DNA from: an uncultured Gammaproteobacteria bacterium
GTDB taxonomy: Bacteria > Patescibacteriota > Patescibacteriia > UBA9934
Direction of reading: 5' to 3'
NCBI GenBank assembly: GCA_964552565.1
Contig: CAZKGL010000002.1
Coordinates: forward strand, 365-64,364
DNA: 64,000 bases
Part shown: positions 1 through 8,612 of the stretch, piece by piece
Layout of the letters: every line of letters begins with the position of its first letter
Position numbering within the stretch: the stretch's first letter is position 1
The notes under the pieces: generated by a model
What the model saw: the letters and a program-made list of their open reading frames with translations, nothing else
The model's database searches: none
What the model was told of the DNA's origin: nothing
Made by a program: the position numbers and the translations under genes

Positions 1-1971
1 CGGTGTCGCCTGGATGTCGATGCCCGCCACCGCGTCCTCACGCTCTTTGACGCGCGCCTGGATGGTCTCGACCGACTCCTCTTCCGCTTCGTTCTTCTCC
101 TGCGCGACCTCCTCCATGGCACGGTCGAGGTTCACCTTCGTCTCCTGCGCCACCTCTTCCTGCGTCATTTTGACAAGGCTGCACGTGCCGCCGTTGAAGA
201 GCACCTTGAAGTACCGCTGGAACTCCTTGTTGATCTCCGCAAACGACTTCTCGGACTGCGTGCGGATCTGCAGGTCGAGCTCGTCGATAATCTTTTCCGT
301 GCTGCGGATCGCGTCGCGGAGGTCCTTCACCTGCGTCGAGAGGAACGTAAACCGTTCATTCGTCGTCTCGTACTCCTTCATGACTTCCTCGTCGATGCCG
401 CCGATGACCTCCAGCTGGTGCTTGAGTCGGATCATCTTGTCGTGCGCCGCTTGCACGTCCTCGAGCCGGGTCTCCGGCCGCGCCTTCTTCACCTCTGTCG
501 CCATCTCCGCGCCGATTTCGTCCGCCATCTCGCGCTCCATCCCCTCAAGCCGCGTCTCGACGCGCGTCATCTCGATGGCGATGCCGTTCGCCGCCTGCTC
601 GAGGCTGAACAGTTCCTGCTGGAGGGCGCGCAGTTCGCGCTGGAACGCGAAGGCCTCGCTCTTTTGCGCGGTCGCCTGCTTCGCAAACGCATCCATCGCC
701 GCCTCGCTCTCCTTCACCTTCGCCTCTGCCGCGCCGATCCGCGTCTTTGCGGCGTCGATTGCGGCGAGCTGTTCGGCCGAAGGCGTGAAATCTTCGGGAT
801 TCGGTTTGGTGAGACGATCCTTAAGCTTCTTCGAGCGACTGAAAATGCCGTCGATCTCGTCCGCGATGCGCGTCACCTCCTCCAAATCCTTCGCCGCTTT
901 CAGCCGCGCCACCGCATCCTTCTGCGCGTCAGAAATACCGCCGACCTCGAGGATGATTTCGTGCAGCGGAAGCGGCGCCCACGTCGACTGCGCCTTCACC
1001 TTTGCAAGCTCAAGCTCACGCTCGGCCGTAAAGTGGATCCTTCGCGCCTCGGCGAGTTCTTGTTGCGCGGCCTTGTACGCAGCCTGGAGCGGAGCCAATC
1101 CGGACTCGTTCCTCGATCCTCGCTCCTCGCTCCTCTCCAAGGCCGCCAACTTCTCGTCTCCCGCCCTAATGTCCTCCTGCTTCTTGCTGACACGGCCACG
1201 GGCTTCGGCGAGACGCCGATCGATACCTTGCTTTTCGTCCATGAGCGCCCACCATGCCGACCCGTAGTACTCGCGTTCAAGGGCACGGAGCTCCGCCTCG
1301 ACCGTCGCGCGCTTCTGCAGGCGGTCGACCTGGCGCTTCAGCGAGTTGAGGCGCGGCTCGAGTTCGCCAAGCAACAATTCGACCTCGGAAAGATTCTCCG
1401 CGGACTTCGTCAGCTTGAGGAGCGCCTGGTGGCGCTTCATCTGGAACCCGCGGACGCCCATCGCGTCATCAAAGAAAATCTTGCGCTCTTCCGGCGTCGC
1501 GGTGAGGACGTGGTCGATCATCCCCTGCCCGATGACCGAATACGACCGCTGGCCGACGCCGGCCTCGGCGAGCATGAGCTGGATGTCGGCAAGGCGCGAG
1601 GCGGCGCCGTTCACGAGGTATGCGGACTCGCCGTCGCGGTAGAGGCGGCGGGTAATGACGACTTCGGAGAACTCGACGCCCATCGACTGGTCGCGGTTGT
1701 CGAACGTCAGGCTCACTTCAGCGAACCCGGAACGGGACTTGCCTTCAGAACCGGAAAAAATGACGTCCTCCGCCTTTTTGCCGCGCAGGAGCTTCAGCGA
1801 CTGTTCGCCCAAACACCAGCGGATGGCGTCCGCGAGGTTGCTCTTGCCCGACCCGTTGGGGCCGACGACGACGGTCAGCGCATGCCGACCGCCCTTTTCT
1901 TCCGGGAACTCGAGCGACGTCTTTGCCGCAAACGTTTTGAACCCCTGGACCTCAAGGCGCTTCAAGTACAT
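1..1971 (-). CDS. smc: chromosome segregation protein SMC, N-terminal part (5' portion; gene runs off the window start)
   Basis: Minus-strand translation from ATG at 1971 gives MYLKRLEVQGFKTFAAKTSLEFPEEKGGRHALTVVVGPNGSGKSNLADAIRWCLGEQ, the SMC N-terminal Walker A signature. The two long plus-strand ORFs here (14..1267, 418..1977) are Ser/Arg-rich antisense artifacts. Confidence 0.85.
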   Translation of the reverse strand, partial: MYLKRLEVQGFKTFAAKTSLEFPEEKGGRHALTVVVGPNGSGKSNLADAIRWCLGEQSLKLLRGKKAEDVIFSGSEGKSRSGFAEVSLTFDNRDQSMGVEFSEVVITRRLYRDGESAYLVNGAASRLADIQLMLAEAGVGQRSYSVIGQGMIDHVLTATPEERKIFFDDAMGVRGFQMKRHQALLKLTKSAENLSEVELLLGELEPRLNSLKRQVDRLQKRATVEAELRALEREYYGSAWWALMDEKQGIDRRLAEARGRVSKKQEDIRAGDEKLAALERSEERGSRNESGLAPLQAAYKAAQQELAEARRIHFTAERELELAKVKAQSTWAPLPLHEIILEVGGISDAQKDAVARLKAAKDLEEVTRIADEIDGIFSRSKKLKDRLTKPNPEDFTPSAEQLAAIDAAKTRIGAAEAKVKESEAAMDAFAKQATAQKSEAFAFQRELRALQQELFSLEQAANGIAIEMTRVETRLEGMEREMADEIGAEMATEVKKARPETRLEDVQAAHDKMIRLKHQLEVIGGIDEEVMKEYETTNERFTFLSTQVKDLRDAIRSTEKIIDELDLQIRTQSEKSFAEINKEFQRYFKVLFNGGTCSLVKMTQEEVAQETKVNLDRAMEEVAQEKNEAEEESVETIQARVKEREDAVAGIDIQATP

Positions 1972-2025
1972 AGCTAGGCTCGATTGTACACGGCCTTTTC
2001 GCCCCTCGCCAGACAGGTGCCCACA

Positions 2026-2054
2026 TTGACTTTATGCGCACTTTTTGCTAAATT
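2026..2054 (+). promoter_or_regulatory. sigma70-like promoter (TTGACT - 17 nt - TAAATT) upstream of small membrane-protein ORF
   Basis: TTGACT at 2026-2031 and TAAATT at 2049-2054 with 17-nt spacing, in the smc/ORF intergenic region. Confidence 0.4.
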
Positions 2055-2083
2055 TTGTAGACATCAGCACACCGGGAGCCACC

Positions 2084-2242
2084 ATGAAAGCGTTTCTTTC
2101 GATCCTCGCGCTCTTCGTCATCATCACGTTCGCCTTCGCCGCCGGAGCATTCTGGAAAGCTCACAACCCGATCTGGATGCTGACCCTGTCAGCAAGTGTC
2201 GCATCGGCTGCGGCGATCGTGGTCCGCGCGATGAAAACGTAG
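2084..2242 (+). CDS. small hydrophobic membrane protein (hypothetical, 52 aa)
   Basis: MKAFLSILALFVIITFAFAAGAFW... single TM helix. GGAGCC RBS-like upstream, promoter-like element upstream, GC-hairpin plus T-run downstream. Confidence 0.4.
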   Translation: MKAFLSILALFVIITFAFAAGAFWKAHNPIWMLTLSASVASAAAIVVRAMKT

Positions 2243-2321
2243 CCGCTTCGCCACATCCGCGGGCCGCCCACACGAAGGGCCGCCCTGCGGGTGCGGCTCT
2301 TCATTTTTATCCGAGCAAACC

Positions 2322-2458
2322 GAGACTTAGTCATGACTTAGTCTCGAAACTTGTAGACTTAGTCTCGAAACTTGTACCAAATACAGCCAAAAAACTGGCC
2401 GCGGATCCTTCCCGTGCGCTCAGGATGGTTGCAGAAAGCCCCGAGACTTAGTCTCGCA
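2322..2458. repeat. array of four copies of palindromic operator-like motif (G)AGAC-TTA-GTCTC, including a perfect 21-bp tandem duplication (2336-2356 / 2357-2377)
   Basis: gacttagtctcgaaacttgta occurs twice in tandem. Further GAGACTTAGTC(TC) copies at 2322-2334 and 2445-2458. GAGAC/GTCTC arms are inverted repeats. Confidence 0.6.
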
Positions 2459-2765
2459 TGTGGACAAGCGCCTTTGACACCATGCACAGGTACGGTATCC
2501 TCGAATGCAGATATGTTGAGCTTCACCTGGATCAAGCGCTACACCGCCCTCACCGTCGATTGCTTTTCGCCGGCCGGTTTGCGTTGTACCTAAGTGAAGC
2601 CTTTTCACCTCGATACAAAGCGAACCGACCGCCCACGCGGTCGGTTCTTCGTTCCGGCGAGTTGAACGCTCCTTTGCGGAGAAAGGGAGCGTTCAGGCCA
2701 CCGGAAACCCCGCGCACCGCCAGCCTGAGGGCATGCGCATCCGTCCACCAGCAGGTCTTTCACCA

Positions 2766-3110
2766 ATGAACGCTGACGACTACGCCATCGACACCCCGCC
2801 CGCCATCCACGCCGAAGCCCCCGCGGAGGCGGGTGTGCCCTCCCGCGACCCCGCCAACCTCGAGGAGTGGCACCTCATCGCCTCCCGCGTCCCCGGCTTC
2901 GGTTTCACGGTGACCCACGACCGCCGCGGCAAGCCGCAGGTCGTGACCACCGGCCACCCCACGCACAACGGCCGGAAGCTCTCGCGGAAGGAGATGATCG
3001 CGGTCGCGCACGGTGAGTCGGGCATCACGCTCGACCCGCCCGGCACCCGTCAGGCCAACCCGCCGCCGAAGCGCCAGCGTCCCATCGCGCTGCGCGTCTA
3101 CGCCTCGTAG
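2766..3110 (+). CDS. hypothetical protein (114 aa), very high GC3
   Basis: ORF MNADDYAIDTPPAIHAEAPAEAG... has near-uniform G/C at third codon positions. The overlapping antisense ORFs (2760..3395 -, 2780..3046 -) were rejected. Confidence 0.5.
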   Translation: MNADDYAIDTPPAIHAEAPAEAGVPSRDPANLEEWHLIASRVPGFGFTVTHDRRGKPQVVTTGHPTHNGRKLSRKEMIAVAHGESGITLDPPGTRQANPPPKRQRPIALRVYAS

Positions 3111-3246
3111 ACCCCCCTGCTGGACCTGGAGGAGCACGCCCTCGCGCCTGCTCCTCCGTCCCACTGTCATCCGAACTGAGGTTCGGATTGCTGAGGACGC
3201 ATACACTTGACCAAGGGGAAACGGACCCGTACACTCCGTCCTCCCT

Positions 3247-4263
3247 ATGGGCCCCGTTATCGAGCAAAAAGCGGTGGAGGCGATGCGTGCCAGCCGGCAC
3301 GTCCTCCTCATGACCGACGAGCGCCTGGACGGCGACACGCTCGGTTCCAGCTTGGGGCTTTTCCATGTCCTGCGCGAGATGGGCAAGACCGTCACGGTCT
3401 ATTCGCCAAAACCCATCCCGGCGCAGTTTTCTTTTTTGCCCGGCATCGACCGCATCCGTACGGACGACCTCGTCTTTGCGGATACGACGATCGACCTCGC
3501 CATCATCTGCGACTGCTCGGACGGCCTCTACCTCAACGACAAGCTCCCCCTCATGCCGCGCAAGGTGCCGATGGTCATGTTTGACCACCACAGCACCAAC
3601 CCGCGGTTCGGGACATACAACTTCGTCGAGCCGCGTGCGGCGTCGACCGCGGACGTGGTGTGGCGGTTCCTGAAGCGCAACGGCTTCCCCGTGCCGCGCC
3701 ATGCCGCGCAGTGCTTCCTGACCGGCATCTGTACCGACACGTCGCTCTTCTCCACGTCGAACACGACCGCGGCGGCGTTCGAGGCGTCGGTCGAACTGAC
3801 AAAACGCGGCGCAAAGCTCCATGAAGTCGTGCGCCACACCATGATGGACCGCCCCGTGCCCGTGCTGCGCGTGTGGGGCATCCTTTTTGAGCGCCTGCAT
3901 TACAACGAGGAGTTCGACGCCCTTGCAACCGCCCTCACCCAGGCGGACATCGAGGCGTGCGGCAACCCGGAGGTCGAGACCTCGAGCATCTCCAACTTCT
4001 TGAACGCCACACTCGACCAGGCCGACACCATCCTCATCCTCCGCGAGGCGGACGACGGGTCGGTGAAGGCGAGCCTGCGCAGCCGCGGACGCGACGTTGC
4101 GGCGCTTGCCGAAAAGTACGGGGGTGGCGGCCACACGTTCGCGGCAGGCTTCAAAGTCCCGAACGCGCGCCTCGAGCAGGCGGACGGCATTTGGCGCATC
4201 CGCCGTACCGAGCCCCTCCCCACCGCGCCCAAAGAGGGCATCGAGGTGAATTTTTTGAAGTAA
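3247..4263 (+). CDS. nrnA: DHH/DHHA1-family phosphoesterase (nanoRNase / pAp phosphatase NrnA-like)
   Basis: DHH motif (MFDHHSTN) and DHHA1 GGGH motif (KYGGGGHTFAAG), 338 aa. Confidence 0.85.
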   Translation: MGPVIEQKAVEAMRASRHVLLMTDERLDGDTLGSSLGLFHVLREMGKTVTVYSPKPIPAQFSFLPGIDRIRTDDLVFADTTIDLAIICDCSDGLYLNDKLPLMPRKVPMVMFDHHSTNPRFGTYNFVEPRAASTADVVWRFLKRNGFPVPRHAAQCFLTGICTDTSLFSTSNTTAAAFEASVELTKRGAKLHEVVRHTMMDRPVPVLRVWGILFERLHYNEEFDALATALTQADIEACGNPEVETSSISNFLNATLDQADTILILREADDGSVKASLRSRGRDVAALAEKYGGGGHTFAAGFKVPNARLEQADGIWRIRRTEPLPTAPKEGIEVNFLK

Positions 4264-4300
4264 CGGCACGGATGTGCCAGACTGGATGCGGAGGTGTTCG

Positions 4301-4549
4301 ATGGCGGCCGCCCCCTCTCCCGTGTCCCGTGTGGACTGCCCGCACCCGCGCTGCAAGCTGAAGACGCACATCTACGACTCGCTCGGCGCGCATCATTCCG
4401 GCGACGACGTGTACCAAATCGTGAAGTGCCAGCACTGCGGAGGGCAGATCAAGGTCTTTACCATGCTGAAAGGCATGTTCGTTCCCGCAGACAAGCTCGT
4501 CGGTGAGAAGTTCAACGAGACTGTCCGCCGCAAGGAGTGGACGCGATGA
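4301..4549 (+). CDS. small zinc-ribbon protein (hypothetical, 82 aa)
   Basis: Two Cys pairs (CPHPRC ... CQHCGG). GGAGGTG RBS 6 nt upstream of ATG 4301. Terminator hairpin follows. Confidence 0.45.
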   Translation: MAAAPSPVSRVDCPHPRCKLKTHIYDSLGAHHSGDDVYQIVKCQHCGGQIKVFTMLKGMFVPADKLVGEKFNETVRRKEWTR

Positions 4550-4555
4550 ACGCCA

Positions 4556-4602
4556 GCGACGCAACGACCCCCAGCCATCGTCTCGGCCGGGGGTCGCTCG
4601 CA
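4556..4602. terminator. bidirectional intrinsic terminator hairpin between convergent genes
   Basis: CGACCCCC...GGGGGTCG stem between the zinc-ribbon ORF (+) and the PPDK_N gene (-). Confidence 0.4.
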
Positions 4603-4603
4603 T

Positions 4604-5347
4604 TTATAAGGTCGTAATAGGCCGGCTTTGCAGAATGGACAGATCGCCGCCCGCAATCGCCCACTCAATGTCGCACGGAAAGCCGAAGTGCGACTCGATA
4701 CGGCCGCACATCGCCGCGATGGCGCGCACCTCGTCGTCCGTCAGCACGCGCTGGTCGTCCGCCTGAAACACGTCGATAATCGCGTCCGCCGTCTTGTCAT
4801 ACGTATAACCGTCCGGGGTCACCTCCCCGCCGACAAGTCGGTCGCCGAGGCCGCGGCACGCTTCGATAATCATGTGGTCGGCGCGCGCCGTCACCGGGTG
4901 CACGGTAAAACACACACCCGCCGCGTCTGCCCGCACCATCTGCTGTACGACGACTGCGACCGCGGCGTCCCCCTGCCCCTTTTCTGCCTGGTACGCCTTT
5001 GCGCGCTCCGACGCGACGGACGCCCAACACCGCTTCACGTTTTCGATAAGCGTGTCGCGCGTCGTGTTGAGATACGACCCGAGCTGTCCGGCCCAGCTCG
5101 CCTCTTTCGAGTCTTCGCCCGCCGCGGACGAACGAACGGCGACGCGATCGGCTCCGAGCGTTGCGAACGCACGACCAATCTCCTCGACGACCTCCGGCGT
5201 CGCACCGGCGCGAAACGCATCGACCGTAACGACAAAACCCGGCGGCACCGGAATCCCGGCGCGCGTCATTTCCCCAAGCGACGCTCCCTTCCCACCCGCA
5301 ACGAGGACGTCGTCTTTGCCGATTTCAGAAAACCATCGCACGTACAT
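4604..5347 (-). CDS. stand-alone PEP/pyruvate-binding (PPDK_N / PEP synthase N-terminal ATP-grasp) domain protein
   Basis: FSEIGKDDVLVAGGKGASLGEM ... VRSSAAGEDS ... DIEWAIAGGDLSILQSRPIT matches the N-terminal domain of PEP synthase / pyruvate phosphate dikinase. Only 247 aa; no swivel or PEP-utilising domains. Confidence 0.75.
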   Translation of the reverse strand: MYVRWFSEIGKDDVLVAGGKGASLGEMTRAGIPVPPGFVVTVDAFRAGATPEVVEEIGRAFATLGADRVAVRSSAAGEDSKEASWAGQLGSYLNTTRDTLIENVKRCWASVASERAKAYQAEKGQGDAAVAVVVQQMVRADAAGVCFTVHPVTARADHMIIEACRGLGDRLVGGEVTPDGYTYDKTADAIIDVFQADDQRVLTDDEVRAIAAMCGRIESHFGFPCDIEWAIAGGDLSILQSRPITTL

Positions 5348-5392
5348 GCCGAGATGGTATCGAGCGCAGCATCATGATGCAACAAAAACACC

Positions 5393-5424
5393 CGGCGCAG
5401 GGCCGGGGTGTTTTTGGAGCGGGT
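5393..5424. terminator. intrinsic terminator hairpin (AAAAACACCC GGCGCAGGGCC GGGGTGTTTTT), copy 1 of a duplicated element
   Basis: Perfect GC stem flanked by A5/T5 runs; bidirectional. Confidence 0.6.
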
Positions 5425-5559
5425 TGCGGGAGTCTGGCCTTGCGGCCAGAGCCGCTGCGCTCGCTCGGAAGTCCTGGAGCGAGCTCCGGACCCCACTCGC
5501 TCGCTTGCTTGTCGAACCACTAGTGAAACGCGGGTTCTCCTCCCTGCAACAAAAACACC

Positions 5560-5591
5560 CGGCGCGGGGCCGGGGTGTTTTTGGAGCGGGT
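5560..5591. terminator. intrinsic terminator hairpin immediately downstream of tRNA-Gly (copy 2)
   Basis: Same hairpin as 5393-5424 with 1 mismatch; abuts the tRNA 3' end on the minus strand. Confidence 0.65.
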
Positions 5592-5665
5592 TGCGGGAGT
5601 CGAACCCGCGTTCGCAGGTTGGAAACCTGCAGTATTAGCCGTTATACGAAACCCGCGTGCAATTG
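5591..5665 (-). tRNA. tRNA-Gly (anticodon UCC)
   Basis: Reverse complement folds as GCGGGTT-TC-GTAT...ATAC-T-GCAGG-TTTCCAA-CCTGC-GAAC-GCGGG-TTCGACT-CCCGC-AACCCGC-T-CCA. 7-bp acceptor, T-loop TTCGACT, anticodon loop UU-UCC-AA, encoded CCA. Confidence 0.75.
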
Positions 5666-5757
5666 CTGACGGGAGAATCCTATCAAAAAAGCAGGCGTTT
5701 GCCAAGAAATGCGTTGCCCGCCCCAGGAGACCCAGGGCGGGCGACGATGACGAGGCG

Positions 5758-6276
5758 CTAGAGCCCCGGGTGGGCGACGAGGCGACGCACGAAGGCGTAG
5801 GCGGTCCTGGCGGACGGGATGACCCGCGTCACGACGGCAACGGACAGCGAGGTGCAGAGCAATGCCCACTTCATCCGGTTGCTCAACATGAAGGAGGTCA
5901 CGTCCTCTTCGCGAACAAGCAGGAGAACAGTTGCCGCGGTGTTCTCGGCCATGGTGTCAATCATGGCAGTGAACGACGCGAGCACGAAGCAGTTACCCCG
6001 CCAGATTCCACGCGGAGCGATGTGGGTGATGACCCCCGCGTACGCGATCGGGAACAGGACGTCGAGCGTCCACAGCGCCCAGAGGTACGTCGACCCCATG
6101 CCGCTCCGCTCGAGGGCGTCGAAGGCGCTCTTCGCCTCCTCCATGGTCGCGAAGACGATGAGGTCGGGCACCGTGCCTCCCGCGGCCTCGATGATGCCGG
6201 TGACGTACTGGAGGCCGGCCGCCGAGAGGAGGTACAGGACGAGGAACAGGAAAAAGGGACGTCGGATGAACTTCAC
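5758..6276 (-). CDS. hypothetical integral membrane protein (172 aa)
   Basis: Multiple hydrophobic helices. The overlapping plus ORF 5575..6315 runs through the tRNA and is Arg/Gly/Asp-rich junk. Confidence 0.5.
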   Translation of the reverse strand: MKFIRRPFFLFLVLYLLSAAGLQYVTGIIEAAGGTVPDLIVFATMEEAKSAFDALERSGMGSTYLWALWTLDVLFPIAYAGVITHIAPRGIWRGNCFVLASFTAMIDTMAENTAATVLLLVREEDVTSFMLSNRMKWALLCTSLSVAVVTRVIPSARTAYAFVRRLVAHPGL

Positions 6277-6348
6277 GCGAACTCCTGGGTTGCAAGGTTG
6301 CGAGGCGAATATTAGCCGAAAAACGGCATTCCGTCAACCGGAGTACCG

Positions 6349-7848
6349 TTAATCAAGTTCCAGCTTCATTCGCTCAATCGCCTGTGCTGCGTCGCGATTG
6401 CCGCTCTGGTCGGCCGGAACCTCGCGCAGGAGGGTGACGATGTTGTAATGACAGAAATCCTTCTCGTCCCTGAGGTCGTCGGCGAGGCGGACGATCTGCC
6501 CCACGCCAGGGCCGGGCGGGTAGCCGAGGTCAATAATCTCCCCGCCGCGGACGAGATGCTCCGGCGCGGCGCCGAACACGCCAAGTTTCTTTGCCCGGTC
6601 GCGCAGCCAGGCCCCTGCATGGTATTCGCCGGGAAACGCAAACTCGCCCGGCTTTCCCGGTACAGGAAACGGCCCACGGCCGCGGAAGTCGGCTTCCGTC
6701 ACCAAGACGAGCTCCGCAATCGTCGCCGGGTCGATGCGCGCCGCAAGCCTGCGGATGGCGCCATCGCTGATCGCCGTCCCCTTCTCCGTCTCCTCGTGCC
6801 ACAACCGGAACGGCTTCATGTGGTCTCGGACGATGCCCACCACCTTGTCGCGGGTGTCCTCGCCAATCGCCAATGCGTGCAAAAATGCCTTCGTCGGCGC
6901 AGCGCCGGCATCCTCATGTCCATGCGATCGGACTCTCCCCTCCTCCACCCGCGTGACGCACGGCTTCCCAAAGTCATGACACAGCGCGCCGAGCATCATG
7001 GTGAGCGCGGTATCGTCATCGAGCGCTTCGCGGCGCGCGATTGCCGCCGCCTCGTCGACCACCATGCAGCTGTGCACCCACACGTTGCCTTCCGGGTGCC
7101 ACTCCGGCTCCTGCGGCGTCCCGGCGAGCGCCAATACTTCCGGGTGCAGCTCCTCGATGATGCCGACGTCCATGGCGAAATGGAGCCCAAGCGAGGGCTT
7201 CTCGGATTGCATGAGGAGCTTGCGCCATTCGCCGCCAATGCGCTCGCGCGGCAACTCTTTCAGCGTCCCCTGCATCCCCTTCATGAGCGCAAAACTATCC
7301 GGGTCGACCGTGAGGCCGAACCGTGCGACGAACTGCATGGCGCGGAGCACGCGCAGCGGGTCGTCGCCGAACATCTCCGCGTCGACGACGCGGAGCACCT
7401 TGTTCTTGAGGTCGTCTCTGCCGCGGTATGGGTCGACAAGCTCGCCGGTCAGCGGGTCCTGCGCAATGGCGTTCATCGTAAAGTCACGCCGACGCGCCGC
7501 CTCCGTTGGCGTCATGTCCGGGTGCGCCGCAACGGCAAACCCCTTGTGGCCCGGCGCAACTTTGGAATCCGAGCGCGGAAGCGACACGTCGATGTCCGCA
7601 CCGTCGACGACGAGCTTCAGGATGGCAAACCCCTTGCCGACATCGGACACCTCGCCGAACTCGCGGACGATGGCCTCGACCACTTCCGGCGCAAGCCCGT
7701 ACACCTCGACGTCGTAATCGACCGGTGCGATACCAAGGAGCCCGTCGCGCACGCTGCCGCCAACCACAAGCGCCCGGCCGCCCTTCTCGGCGACCGCCCC
7801 GGCCAGCGCAACGACGATTTCGTGGGCTTTGGGCATACCAAAACCCAT
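6349..7848 (-). CDS. cca: CCA-adding enzyme / tRNA nucleotidyltransferase with HD domain
   Basis: PolyA-polymerase head domain (GGSVRDGLLG..DYDV), HD motif region (HSCMVVDEAA...LCHDFGK), C-terminal tRNA-binding region. Start chosen at MGFGMPKAH (ATG 7848), 1 nt from the ruvC stop. Confidence 0.8.
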   Translation of the reverse strand: MGFGMPKAHEIVVALAGAVAEKGGRALVVGGSVRDGLLGIAPVDYDVEVYGLAPEVVEAIVREFGEVSDVGKGFAILKLVVDGADIDVSLPRSDSKVAPGHKGFAVAAHPDMTPTEAARRRDFTMNAIAQDPLTGELVDPYRGRDDLKNKVLRVVDAEMFGDDPLRVLRAMQFVARFGLTVDPDSFALMKGMQGTLKELPRERIGGEWRKLLMQSEKPSLGLHFAMDVGIIEELHPEVLALAGTPQEPEWHPEGNVWVHSCMVVDEAAAIARREALDDDTALTMMLGALCHDFGKPCVTRVEEGRVRSHGHEDAGAAPTKAFLHALAIGEDTRDKVVGIVRDHMKPFRLWHEETEKGTAISDGAIRRLAARIDPATIAELVLVTEADFRGRGPFPVPGKPGEFAFPGEYHAGAWLRDRAKKLGVFGAAPEHLVRGGEIIDLGYPPGPGVGQIVRLADDLRDEKDFCHYNIVTLLREVPADQSGNRDAAQAIERMKLELD

Positions 7849-7849
7849 T

Positions 7850-8302
7850 TTAGCGGTCAGCCGCGCTCCACGCAATTGCAAGCGCATCGGCCGCGTCATC
7901 GACCTTCGGCGCCTTTTTGAGTTTGAACACCGTCCGCACCATCTCCTGCATCTGCCGCTTATCGGCCCTGCCATACCCCGTGAGCGCCATTTTCACCTCG
8001 TTTGGCTTCACTTCAACGACCTCGAGACCGGCTTCGGCCGCAAGCATGAGGAGGACGCCGCGCACTTCGGCGACCTTGAGACCGGTCGTCACGTTCTTGC
8101 TGAAAAACAGCGTCTCGATCGCCATGCGCTCTGGTCTGTATTGTTTCATGAGCGTCCGCACGTCAGCAGCGATCTCCGCGAGCCGCTCGGCGGCAGCGCG
8201 CTCCTTCGGCGTCGTAATGACACCAAACCCAAGCGCCTTGCCAGCCTCGACGACCGCAAACCCGAGCCTCCCGTAGCCTGGATCGAATCCAATGACGCGC
8301 AT
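7850..8302 (-). CDS. ruvC: crossover junction endodeoxyribonuclease RuvC
   Basis: MRVIGFDPGYGRLGFAVVE ... catalytic D/E pattern, 150 aa. Confidence 0.9.
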   Translation of the reverse strand: MRVIGFDPGYGRLGFAVVEAGKALGFGVITTPKERAAAERLAEIAADVRTLMKQYRPERMAIETLFFSKNVTTGLKVAEVRGVLLMLAAEAGLEVVEVKPNEVKMALTGYGRADKRQMQEMVRTVFKLKKAPKVDDAADALAIAWSAADR

Positions 8303-8356
8303 ATCCCACCCATTTTACCAAAACCAAAGCCGGGGCGTGGGAACCCCGGCTCTTGG

Positions 8357-8547
8357 CTACGTCTGCCAACCGGCGACGGTTTTGAGTTTCCGGAGTTCAC
8401 GGTGGACCTCCTCGAAATGCGGAAAGACATTGTCTTCGAGCATTTCACCGACCGCGGTGATGATCTCGACTTTTGCCGTCTCGATAGCCGTACCGACTTC
8501 TTCCTTCACAATGCCGCGAATTGCCTGCAAATCCTGTTGTTCCAACA
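8357..8547 (-). CDS. small hypothetical protein (63 aa)
   Basis: MLEQQDLQAIRGIVKEEVGTAIETAKVEIITAVGEMLEDNVFPHFEEVHRELRKLKTVAGWQT between ruvC and the rpoC terminator. The longer listed ORF start is spurious. Confidence 0.4.
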
Positions 8548-8612
8548 TAAAATTATGGTTCGGGGAGTTGGAGTAAAAAGTTTCGCGCGAGGGAGTACGA
8601 CAAGCATACCAT

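Noticed and set aside
14-1977. Two long plus-strand ORFs (14..1267, 418..1977)
   Set aside because: Ser/Arg-rich low-complexity translations. The minus strand encodes the SMC N-terminus, whose Walker A motif is visible from ATG 1971.
2336-2377. Tandem direct repeats as a possible CRISPR array
   Set aside because: There are only two 21-bp units with no spacers, no cas genes are present, and the units contain an operator-like palindrome.
3025-4371. 448-aa minus-strand ORF and 2760..3395 minus ORF
   Set aside because: They are antisense to nrnA (DHH/DHHA1 motifs) and to the high-GC3 hypothetical gene. Compositionally Arg/Gly/Ala-rich with no motifs.
5387-5665. Calling an integrated mobile element at the duplicated tRNA-Gly 3' end
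   Set aside because: Only about 110 bp separates the repeats and no integrase or phage genes are adjacent. The only tyrosine recombinase (53950-54891) is a chromosomal XerC/D-type 48 kb away.
5575-6315. 246-aa plus-strand ORF
   Set aside because: It starts inside tRNA-Gly, and the minus strand carries a plausible membrane protein. The translation is Arg/Asp/Gly-rich.
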